DNA of 64,000 nucleotides from Candidatus Margulisiibacteriota bacterium (GTDB lineage Bacteria; Margulisbacteria; Riflemargulisbacteria; GWF2-35-9): NCBI GenBank assembly GCA_028715625.1, contig JAQURL010000001.1, positions 36,345 to 100,344 of the forward strand, read 5' to 3'. Shown piece by piece: positions 56,071 to 64,000 of this stretch (position 1 is its first letter; each line of letters starts with the position of its first letter). The notes under the pieces were generated by a model. It saw only the letters and a program-made list of their open reading frames with translations, ran no database searches and was not told where the DNA came from. The position numbers and the translations under genes were made by a program.

Positions 56071-57279
56071 TTATTTCAGCTTTAACAGGTGGCCCATTTT
56101 ATCTTTTTTGGTCTGTAAGTATCGTTTATTAAATTCTGTCGGCTTCATTTCAATCGATACCCGTTCTGTTATTTCAATACCATAACCCTTTAATGCTACA
56201 ATTTTTTGAGGATTATTGGTTATAAGGCGAATGGAAGTCAGACCCAGGTCATAAAGTATCTGCGCTCCCATTCCATAATTGCGCATATCCGGATCAAAGC
56301 CCAGTTCGATGTTGGCCTCCACAGTATCACGGCCTTCTTCCTGCAATCTGTAAGCTTTAAGTTTATTGATAAGGCCTATGCCGCGTCCTTCCTGCTTCAA
56401 ATATACAATTACTCCCGTACCTTCTTTGGCAATCATCCTTAACGCTTTATCCAATTGGTAATGACAATCGCAGCGCTGGGAATGGAAAACATCTCCGGTC
56501 AGGCATTCCGAATGCATACGTACCAAAATATCTTTTTTGGAACTGATATCTCCCATTACCAAAGCAATATTTTCCATACCGCTCAAAGTGTCTTTATAAC
56601 CATATCCTTTAAAAAATCCATATTCGGTCGGCATATTAAATTCTACTGCCCGTATAACAAAACGATCTCGCTGTACCTGATATTTAATCAGATCTTCAAT
56701 AGTAATAATTTTTAACCTATGCTTTTTGATAAATCCTTCCAGATCCTTTACCCGGGCCATTTCTCCATTGTCTTTAATAATTTCGCAGATAACTCCGGCT
56801 TCCAGAAGATTTGCCATTTTAGCCAGGTCCACAGCGGCTTCCGTATGCCCTGCTCTTTTCAGAACTCCTCCTCTTTTAGCAAGTAAAGGGAAAATATGTC
56901 CGGGAGAAACTATATCTTCACGCTGACTGGCAGGATTAATTGCTACCTGTATTGTTTTGGCACGGTCAGCCGCTGAAATCCCTGTTGTTACACCATGTTT
57001 GGGTGATGCGTCTATGCTTGCTGTGAAAGCGGTCCTCAGGCTTTCCCGGTTTTCTGCAACCATTTCTTTCAGGCTAACCTTTTCCGCAATTGCTTCAGAT
57101 AGAGGCAAACAAACTAGTCCGCGGCCATTTTTAATCATAAAATTTATAGATTCAGGTGTGACAAACTGCGCGGCCATTACCAAATCCCCTTCATTTTCAC
57201 GATTGGGATCATCAACAACAACAATCATTTTCCCATTGGCAATATCCTGCAAAGCTTCCTCAATTGTATTAAAATCCAT
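56071..57279 (-). CDS. ribBA: Bifunctional 3,4-dihydroxy-2-butanone-4-phosphate synthase / GTP cyclohydrolase II
   Basis: DHBP synthase N-half ([12 protein letters not shown]). GCHII C-half with Zn Cys motif CLTGD...C.C. Confidence 0.9.
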   Translation of the reverse strand: MDFNTIEEALQDIANGKMIVVVDDPNRENEGDLVMAAQFVTPESINFMIKNGRGLVCLPLSEAIAEKVSLKEMVAENRESLRTAFTASIDASPKHGVTTGISAADRAKTIQVAINPASQREDIVSPGHIFPLLAKRGGVLKRAGHTEAAVDLAKMANLLEAGVICEIIKDNGEMARVKDLEGFIKKHRLKIITIEDLIKYQVQRDRFVIRAVEFNMPTEYGFFKGYGYKDTLSGMENIALVMGDISSKKDILVRMHSECLTGDVFHSQRCDCHYQLDKALRMIAKEGTGVIVYLKQEGRGIGLINKLKAYRLQEEGRDTVEANIELGFDPDMRNYGMGAQILYDLGLTSIRLITNNPQKIVALKGYGIEITERVSIEMKPTEFNKRYLQTKKDKMGHLLKLK

Positions 57280-57916
57280 GTTCTCTTAAAAACTCCTCAC
57301 TTATTTTCTTGCTTTTTTTTGTTTCAAACGGTTGATGTACGTAATGATATATATATTTGCCGATCATATCAACCTCAATATTTACCGGATCACTTTTTTT
57401 CAATAGATGAATATTAGTTTCCTTATAGGTTGTTGGAATTATAGAAGCTACAAGGGAATAAGACAAGACATGAGCTATGGTCAAACTGGTACCATTTATA
57501 GCTATAGAAGCTTGAGGCACAAGATATTTCATTATCTCTTCATTCGGCTTAACAGTAAGTATATGGTCTTCTCCTGCCTTTTCCAAAGATTGAACCACCC
57601 CGATTCCGTCTACATGGCCCTGCACCCAATGTCCTCCGAGTAAGGATGTCGGTGTAAGCGCTTGCTCCAGATTAACTTTTGAAGATTTAAGCAGAGTTCC
57701 AAGATTAGTACGTTTCAGTGTTTCGTTCAGAACATCAGCCTGGAATTGTGTTTTATCCAGTTTGGAAATCGTTAGACAAGCACCATTAACACTTATACTT
57801 TCTCCCAATTTGGACAATCCGCATATTTTTTCGCTACGGACCTTCAGGACTGCCCCGGATGAAGTTTTTTCTATTTCTTCAACTATGCCGATATCCTGAA
57901 TTATTCCGGTAAACAT
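57269..57916 (-). CDS. ribE: Riboflavin synthase (alpha subunit)
   Basis: MFTGII...; duplicated lumazine-binding halves (NGACLT / NGTSLT). Confidence 0.85.
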   Translation of the reverse strand: MFTGIIQDIGIVEEIEKTSSGAVLKVRSEKICGLSKLGESISVNGACLTISKLDKTQFQADVLNETLKRTNLGTLLKSSKVNLEQALTPTSLLGGHWVQGHVDGIGVVQSLEKAGEDHILTVKPNEEIMKYLVPQASIAINGTSLTIAHVLSYSLVASIIPTTYKETNIHLLKKSDPVNIEVDMIGKYIYHYVHQPFETKKSKKISEEFLREHGF

Positions 57917-58347
57917 AAGGGGGTTATCCTCTCGCGTTTCTGGATGTCTGCCCTGTTTTTGGCAATTCCACCTAATACTCCGTTGATAAACTTTATGGCT
58001 TCATAAACACTGTATTTTCTGATAAGCTCAATCGCTTCAGAAATTATGACTTTAATAGATGTGTCGGTAAATAACATTTCCCAAATTGCCACTCTAAGAA
58101 TGGCCTTATCAATTAAGGCAATCCTGTCCAGCTTCCAGTCTATGGCATAATCGGCTATGAGCTTATCCAACATGTTCATATTATCAATGCAGCCGTTAAA
58201 AATTTCTGCGGCGAAGCTTCTGGTCTCTTCAATGTACTGGTCTTTGGTAAGCGTGTAATCCAGGATTTCTTCCTGATTGGCTTTTTGTACCTGATACTGA
58301 TAGAGGGCCTGCATGGCCAATTTTCGCGCGGTACTTCTTTTCCCCAT
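57901..58347 (-). CDS. nusB: Transcription antitermination factor NusB
   Basis: ARKLAMQALYQ signature. Confidence 0.85.
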   Translation of the reverse strand: MGKRSTARKLAMQALYQYQVQKANQEEILDYTLTKDQYIEETRSFAAEIFNGCIDNMNMLDKLIADYAIDWKLDRIALIDKAILRVAIWEMLFTDTSIKVIISEAIELIRKYSVYEAIKFINGVLGGIAKNRADIQKRERITPLCLPE

Positions 58348-58358
58348 AAATTATGCCT

Positions 58359-59720
58359 TTAGGTGTTACCGGCCAGAAGTGTATTCAGGTGTGTTTCAAT
58401 AAAATTGGTATATACTTCTCCCTTTTGAAAATCTTTATCGTCCAATATTCTTTGATGAAAAGGTATAACAGTATGCACTCCGTCAATCACAAACTCATCC
58501 AGGGCTCGTCTGGCCCTTTGCAGGACCTCTTTACGATTTTTTCCGCGGATAATCAATTTGGCCAGCATGGAATCATAGTTGGGCGGTACCCTGTAGCCTG
58601 CATACAGATGGCTGTCTACCCTCACTCCAGGGCCACCGGGCGGCAAATACAGCCGAACTTCACCCGGAGAGGGCAGAAAGTTGTGAGTAGGGTCTTCAGC
58701 GTTAATTCTGAACTCTATGGCATGGCTGATAATTTGGATATCTTTTTGTTTATAGTGTAAAACTTCGCCGGCCGCAACTCTGATTTGTTCCTTCACCAGG
58801 TCAACTCCCGTGACCTCTTCGGTAACACAATGTTCTACCTGAATACGGGTGTTCATTTCCATAAAATAGAATTTTTTCTTTTTATCCAGAAGAAATTCTA
58901 TTGTTCCGGCACCGATATACTTGATGGTTTTTGCCGCTTTTACAGCAATAATGCCCATCTTGGTCCTTAATTCATTGGTCAGAACAGGTGAAGGTGATTC
59001 TTCCAGAAGTTTCTGATGGCGGCGCTGAATAGAGCAATCTCTCTCACCCAGGTGAATAACATTCCCATGCTTATCAGCTAAAATCTGAATTTCGATATGA
59101 CGCGGCTCTTCAATATATTTTTCCATGTAAATATCAGGATTGCCGAAAGAAGCCTGAGCCTCGGTTTGGGCCATGGAAAAATACTTTTTTAACTCTTTTA
59201 CGTTTTTAGCAACTCTCATGCCCTTGCCGCCGCCCCCGGCTACTGCTTTAACGATAACCGGGTAGCCGATGCGTGTGGCCAGCTTTTCGGCGTCTTTTAT
59301 ATCGGCGATCACACCTTTAGAGCCAGGGATAACCGGAACGCCGGCCTTACGCATAGTATCCTTGGCAATAGCTTTGTCTCCCATACAAATAATATTATCA
59401 ACTGTAGGACCGATGAAGGTGATATTGTTGGTCTGACAAACTTCTGCGAACTTGGCGTTTTCAGCTAAAAAACCGTATCCGGGGTGTATGGCTTCAGCGC
59501 CTGTAACTTCGGCGACGCTGATAATGGCGGGAATATTCAAGTAACTTTTTGCGGCCGCGGCCGGACCTATACAAAAAGCTTCATTAGCTAACTTTACATG
59601 CAAGGAATTTTTATCTGCTTCGGAATAAACCGCAACCGACTTGATGCCCATGTCTTTGCAGGCACGAATAATACGGACAGCAATTTCGCCACGGTTGGCA
59701 ATAAGTATTTTTTTAAACAA
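58359..59720 (-). CDS. accC: Acetyl-CoA carboxylase, biotin carboxylase subunit
   Basis: [21 protein letters not shown].... ATP-grasp biotin carboxylase motifs. Confidence 0.9.
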   Translation of the reverse strand: MFKKILIANRGEIAVRIIRACKDMGIKSVAVYSEADKNSLHVKLANEAFCIGPAAAAKSYLNIPAIISVAEVTGAEAIHPGYGFLAENAKFAEVCQTNNITFIGPTVDNIICMGDKAIAKDTMRKAGVPVIPGSKGVIADIKDAEKLATRIGYPVIVKAVAGGGGKGMRVAKNVKELKKYFSMAQTEAQASFGNPDIYMEKYIEEPRHIEIQILADKHGNVIHLGERDCSIQRRHQKLLEESPSPVLTNELRTKMGIIAVKAAKTIKYIGAGTIEFLLDKKKKFYFMEMNTRIQVEHCVTEEVTGVDLVKEQIRVAAGEVLHYKQKDIQIISHAIEFRINAEDPTHNFLPSPGEVRLYLPPGGPGVRVDSHLYAGYRVPPNYDSMLAKLIIRGKNRKEVLQRARRALDEFVIDGVHTVIPFHQRILDDKDFQKGEVYTNFIETHLNTLLAGNT

Positions 59721-59869
59721 TTTGCATCTCCTTCGAAAGTTAATTGCAAATTATAGCATATTACCCTAATCTGCAATAGGTGATAAAATGGCTTACTATT
59801 ACTGAGACTTGGCTTTACATAGTACTCTGTAAGTATAAAAACAACCGGGTAAAATAAAATATTAGAATC

Positions 59870-61465
59870 ATGCTAAATCATTTAAGACCCAAATTTACTC
59901 GTAAAATTCTGCTGCGCATACTTCTTTTAATAATTATCGGTTCTTTTCTTTTTTTAGTAGGCAATCAAAACTATTCACTTTTTGATAACTCTGAGACCAA
60001 TTATTCAGCTGTAGCCAGAGAAATAGTAAATACCGGCGATTGGCTGACTATGCACTATAACGGACAAAACTGGTACATTCATCCTCCTCTTTATTTCTGG
60101 ATGACTTCCACTCTTTGCAAATTATTCGGCTGGACAGAATTTAATCTGCGTTTCTGGGAAGGCCTTTTCGGTGTGCTGGGACTAATCATGACCTATCTTC
60201 TGGCCAGACAATTTTTCGCTAATCGTATTGCTTTTTCCAGCGCGCTTATTCTGGGCACTTCCTTTTATTATTATATAATCAGCAGGCTGGCAATTTTTGA
60301 TACGTTTTTAAACTTTTTTATTCTCACTACCCTTTATCTTTTTTTTAAAGCTTATTACAATCCCACCCTAAAGGGCCGTTATTTCTTTTTTATGGCCATC
60401 AGCACGACCCTCGCGGTATTAACCAAAGGTCCGGTCGGACTGGTACATCCTTTTATGGTAATTATTCCCTTTTTAATTTGGAAAAAAGACCTGAAATTTC
60501 TTTTTGATAAAAAAATCTGGCTGAATTTTCTTTTTTTTATTGCGCTGATCAGCCCCTGGTATGTTATAGAATTAACCAGTCACGGCTGGGATTTTTTTAA
60601 CATAGCGCTTAAAGATTACACCTGGTATCGTTTTTTCGGCGCGGTAGAAAACCAAGCCGGTCCGTGGTATTACTATTTCCCGGTACTACTGCTCTTTTTT
60701 CCCTGGATATTCTTTCTGCCCAATGCGCTACTTCTACTTTCGAAAAAGCAGACTACTGACAACAAACAACGTGACTTCGTGCAATTTTCCATATTCTTTC
60801 TGGTAATAACTTTTATTTTTTTTACGCTAGCCGGCACCAAATTGCCTAATTATATTTTTTCTGTTTTCCCTTTCCTGTCTATTCTCATATCTGCATCTTT
60901 GTATCGGATAAAAAATAAAATACCGTTGCAACTAAGCTCGTTTGTTCTTTTACTCTTCTCCCTGGTCCTCTTATGGTTCAGCGTTTTCGGTAAATTGCCG
61001 AAAATATATGCTGCAGATCAGTCCTGGCTAATTAAAACTGTCATTCTGAACTTCGCGATTATTTTTGTACTGGTAAAACTTCTACAGAATAAAAAACCCG
61101 CAACGGCCATTTATTCCTATACGCTTTGCACAATTTTATTTGTTTTTTATCTGACACATTTTTTCCTGCCGGCAATTGAAAAATATAAAGACACTAAAAT
61201 ATTTGCGGATGTAATAAATAAAACCGAAAAAAAATCCTATACTATAATTAATTTTGAGGGCTACAGCCCAGCACTGATGTATTATCTGAACCATAAGGTG
61301 GAACATATTCAAAAAATAGAAGAGCTTAAGCAAACAGTTGCAACCGAACCTGGAATAATTTACATAGTATTACCGCTTAATGATTTAAATAGAATTAAGC
61401 AAATCTCTGAAAAAACTTTAGTTATTAAAAGCGGATATCAATTTTCGCTGATCAAAATTAATTAA
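59870..61465 (+). CDS. GT-C glycosyltransferase, ArnT/PMT-like family (second paralog)
   Basis: Multi-TM. First-loop motif NSETNYSAVAREIVNTGDWLTMHYNGQNWYIHPPLYFW. Confidence 0.6.
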   Translation: MLNHLRPKFTRKILLRILLLIIIGSFLFLVGNQNYSLFDNSETNYSAVAREIVNTGDWLTMHYNGQNWYIHPPLYFWMTSTLCKLFGWTEFNLRFWEGLFGVLGLIMTYLLARQFFANRIAFSSALILGTSFYYYIISRLAIFDTFLNFFILTTLYLFFKAYYNPTLKGRYFFFMAISTTLAVLTKGPVGLVHPFMVIIPFLIWKKDLKFLFDKKIWLNFLFFIALISPWYVIELTSHGWDFFNIALKDYTWYRFFGAVENQAGPWYYYFPVLLLFFPWIFFLPNALLLLSKKQTTDNKQRDFVQFSIFFLVITFIFFTLAGTKLPNYIFSVFPFLSILISASLYRIKNKIPLQLSSFVLLLFSLVLLWFSVFGKLPKIYAADQSWLIKTVILNFAIIFVLVKLLQNKKPATAIYSYTLCTILFVFYLTHFFLPAIEKYKDTKIFADVINKTEKKSYTIINFEGYSPALMYYLNHKVEHIQKIEELKQTVATEPGIIYIVLPLNDLNRIKQISEKTLVIKSGYQFSLIKIN

Positions 61466-61468
61466 TTA

Positions 61469-62788
61469 TCAGCAGCCCATGGTGGAAGCCGGCTTAGGAT
61501 TATCCGCCGGAATATCATAGATCGCTTTCTTAATATTTAGCATTTGGCCTTTATTTTGAAAATCAATGATCTTTCCCATTATTGCTGCCAACTCTTTCTC
61601 AAATCTGTCTAATAATCCAGCCAGCCCTTCTTGATTGCCGGAAATTTTTGAAGTTGTGCCTGCTATTGTTGCCGAGTATATTCCGGAGCTGTTCAGCGCT
61701 TGTTTTCCGCCGGTCTCATCAAGTTGCTTGCTTAAAGTCTGTACTTTTTCAATATTTTTTTCCATATCTTTTGTGAACCCATCTTTGATGCTATCTGTTC
61801 TGCCATTATTGGTTATATCTTTTCCCTTTTCCAAAAGGTGTTTAATGGTATCATCGATTAAATTTTTCAGATCATAAGCTGTCTGAATGTTGCCGGCTTT
61901 AACAGCTTTTTCAAGGGCAGTAATTAAAGTTTTTAAATATTTATTTGTATCGGAATATTCTTTATAAATTTGCAAATCTTTTTTTAACTCAGTTAACTGT
62001 TGAACTGCTTTTTCGTTATCTTCTATTATTTTTTTTGCCTGATCAGATTGACCATCCGTAAAGCTTTTAGCTCTTCCTGATTGTTTTTCAAATTCTGCTA
62101 TTAATTCGTTCACCATTTGATTGCTATCGAGGATGTCTTCCTCTTTTTTGACCAGATTGTTATCTTTACGGATTAAATGGTCCTTTATTTTTACTATTTC
62201 TCCATTGCCAGTTAAGAAAAAAATTTCAGCTCCTGCTTTTTCCAAGGTTTGTTTGGTTTCCTTAGATGATGTTTTTAGTTTTTTTTCATTTATCATATCC
62301 ACAATAGCCATAACCGTTTTATAGTTTTCAAGGGATTTTTGCTGCTCAGCATTTAATATCCTGGAACCCGCAAGAGTGTTTACTGTCAGAATTTCATCTT
62401 TAATGTAATTATTAATTGTCTGTGTTGTTTTCTGAGAAATTCCCAAAGCTTCTAAGTTTTTTAAAAAATCCTGTACTTTGATCTTTGCGTTTTTGTTATT
62501 GGTTAATTCTTTTGCGGAAGGAATTGTGCTAACCAATGGAGTTGTTTCATTTAATTTATCCCCAACAAGTACAATATCAACCCCCGGATTTAAAACAACC
62601 GGTGTAACTCGAAGATATGCAAGCCAGTTGCTCGTATTTGCTGTGCTGTCTACATTTTGTGCTTTTAATTCCTGAGTATTGATCTTATTTGCCGAGCCTG
62701 CAGAGTTAGCTTTTAATAGTGGTGTTTCACCTGGTATTGTAAATATTGCTCTCGTTAAATTTATTGAATTTTCGCCCATGTTCCCCAT
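61469..62788 (-). CDS. Hypothetical large coiled-coil protein
   Basis: No motif recognised. Extensive heptad-like regions. Confidence 0.35.
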   Translation of the reverse strand: MGNMGENSINLTRAIFTIPGETPLLKANSAGSANKINTQELKAQNVDSTANTSNWLAYLRVTPVVLNPGVDIVLVGDKLNETTPLVSTIPSAKELTNNKNAKIKVQDFLKNLEALGISQKTTQTINNYIKDEILTVNTLAGSRILNAEQQKSLENYKTVMAIVDMINEKKLKTSSKETKQTLEKAGAEIFFLTGNGEIVKIKDHLIRKDNNLVKKEEDILDSNQMVNELIAEFEKQSGRAKSFTDGQSDQAKKIIEDNEKAVQQLTELKKDLQIYKEYSDTNKYLKTLITALEKAVKAGNIQTAYDLKNLIDDTIKHLLEKGKDITNNGRTDSIKDGFTKDMEKNIEKVQTLSKQLDETGGKQALNSSGIYSATIAGTTSKISGNQEGLAGLLDRFEKELAAIMGKIIDFQNKGQMLNIKKAIYDIPADNPKPASTMGC

Positions 62789-62957
62789 CCCCCTTTATTG
62801 CCTTAAAAATTCCCTCTTATACTTATATATCGAACACTGTTTTAAAAAATTTCAAGCAATTTCATATATCACAAAAAGTCGATATATATGGAAATAAAAA
62901 AAGCCAGATTGGGCGGGGAGTCGGGGGAGACTTTCCAATCTGGCTTTCAAGGTTAGA

Positions 62958-63077
62958 CTATTTATAAATAATTCTTACGTCCGGGTTCTTTATCACTACT
63001 CCGTTAGCAAATGAATCTCTTAAGATTTCCCATCCTCTGCTTGCGGCGATTTTTTTAATTATTTTACTGGTTGTCAT
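62958..63077 (-). CDS. Small ORF (39 aa) with strong GGAGGGG RBS; weak HicA-like resemblance
   Basis: MTTSKIIKKIAASRGWEILRDSFANGVVIKNPDVRIIYK. Not in the ORF track. Confidence 0.2.
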   Translation of the reverse strand: MTTSKIIKKIAASRGWEILRDSFANGVVIKNPDVRIIYK

Positions 63078-63242
63078 GATCCTCATCCCCTCCAAATTTC
63101 TTGCTCTTATAACAATATATCGGCAACGAATTTTAAAAATACACCAAGATTTTTGAATATAATTAACCGGCCTAAATATGTAGTTTAAATAAATTAAAAT
63201 CAGGGCAGAATATATATAGATAATTATGAATAAAGGAAAGAT

Positions 63243-64000
63243 ATGGCACCAATAACGCCACCACCATCAGCTGCACAAACACCACCTCCTGCCTGGGGAT
63301 TAAAACCTCAAACACCGGAAGCAGCAGGTGGGAAAAAAGAAACAAAGCCTGACAAACCGGGTGCCGCATCACCGATACCTCAATGGAATATAAAGCCTAG
63401 TCCCGCAATAGATACCCTGAATTATTTACAAAACAAGGATAAAGGTTTTCAAATAGAAGCCTGCAGGGAGTTGGGGATCAATTTTTCTGAACTTAAAGAT
63501 ATGAAATATTCAGACTTGGAAATTAAAATTAAGGCTTTTCAAGAAAAATATGGATTCGAAAAAACAGGGCTTTTTGATAATAAAACCAAAACCCTGCTAG
63601 AATCCCTTGTTAATAATACGGATATTCTTAATGATCGTTATGCTATTCTTGGTGTAGATTTGGGGGTACTAAGAGAAGGGTCATTAAAAAAAGGGGAACT
63701 ACAGGAAAAAATAAAATATTTCCAGGAAAAACATGGTCTGGAAAAAACCGGGTATATTAATGACTTTACCTTTTCCGCCAGCGAACCGTACGATAAATAT
63801 GTTGAAGAATTATTAGCGCATGATGATATAGGCTCATTAAGGGATATTTGCGAAAAACTTGGCATTAACTTCGATGATCTGACACAAAGGAAATTGACTC
63901 CGGGTAAATTAAGTGAAAAAATAAAATATTTCCAGGAAAAACATGGTCTGGAAAAAACCGGAAAATTTGAGGGCGCTACCCAGTTTTTGCTCGAAAGTAA
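63243..64000 (+). CDS. Protein with Pro-rich N-terminus and at least 4 tandem putative peptidoglycan-binding (PG_binding_1-like) repeats (3'-partial; runs off the window)
   Basis: Repeats of the form IK.FQEK.G.EKTG..D..T...L. No stop before the window end. Confidence 0.5.
   Translation, partial: MAPITPPPSAAQTPPPAWGLKPQTPEAAGGKKETKPDKPGAASPIPQWNIKPSPAIDTLNYLQNKDKGFQIEACRELGINFSELKDMKYSDLEIKIKAFQEKYGFEKTGLFDNKTKTLLESLVNNTDILNDRYAILGVDLGVLREGSLKKGELQEKIKYFQEKHGLEKTGYINDFTFSASEPYDKYVEELLAHDDIGSLRDICEKLGINFDDLTQRKLTPGKLSEKIKYFQEKHGLEKTGKFEGATQFLLES
63705..63751. repeat. Perfect 47-nt direct repeat inside the PG-binding-repeat gene (second copy 63915..63961)
   Basis: gaaaaaataaaatatttccaggaaaaacatggtctggaaaaaaccgg occurs twice, identically. 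Confidence 0.7.

Noticed and set aside
59721-59869. FMN riboswitch upstream of accC / the rib operon
   Set aside because: No recognisable FMN-element conserved segments by eye. The spacer is only about 150 bp and AT-rich. Left as an open question.
1-64000. CRISPR arrays, transposases, integrases, IS elements
   Set aside because: No regularly spaced direct repeats and no DDE/tyrosine-recombinase-like ORFs were found on either strand. The only integration-like signals are the tRNA 3'-end duplications.

Overview
This 64 kb window comes from an AT-rich (roughly 33-36% GC) bacterial chromosome that appears to have an outer membrane (OMP beta-barrel, ArnT-like GT-C enzymes, chemotaxis proteins). 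It is mostly core housekeeping, densely packed on both strands. Called genes: fmt-def; class III aminotransferase; glutamine synthetase type III; metG; the conserved rpmH-rnpA-yidD-yidC-jag-mnmE block; DUF47-PiT phosphate module; rpsB-tsf; guaB-like-guaA; manC plus two ArnT/PMT-like glycosyltransferases; prs; PBP1A; tyrS; tsaD; gltX; pckG-birA; dapF-dapL-rnc; and an accC-nusB-ribE-ribBA-ribH operon. Three minus-strand tRNAs (Gly-GCC, Leu-TAG, Ser-GGA). No CRISPR array, transposase or integrase was found. Accessory or unusual content: (1) a SAM-methyltransferase fused to a Ddl-like ATP-grasp ligase, next to a GC-rich Ala/Pro-repeat lipoprotein and a BT1-type transporter; (2) direct-repeat duplications of the 3' ends of tRNA-Gly and tRNA-Leu flanking short GC-rich segments, plus related GC-rich hairpin clusters downstream of mnmE and tRNA-Ser; (3) a 2.3 kb islet between mnmE and tRNA-Ser carrying duplicated palindromic operator-promoter modules with near-leaderless starts, small membrane/coiled-coil ORFs and a divergent XRE regulator; (4) an orphan AAA_21/OLD-like ATPase without a nuclease partner; (5) a tandem pair of hypothetical proteins with similar N-termini, one carrying HExxH, sitting where dnaA would usually be next to rpmH; (6) a candidate structured RNA in the dapF convergent intergenic region. 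All functional calls rest on motif recognition by eye only; no database search was run.
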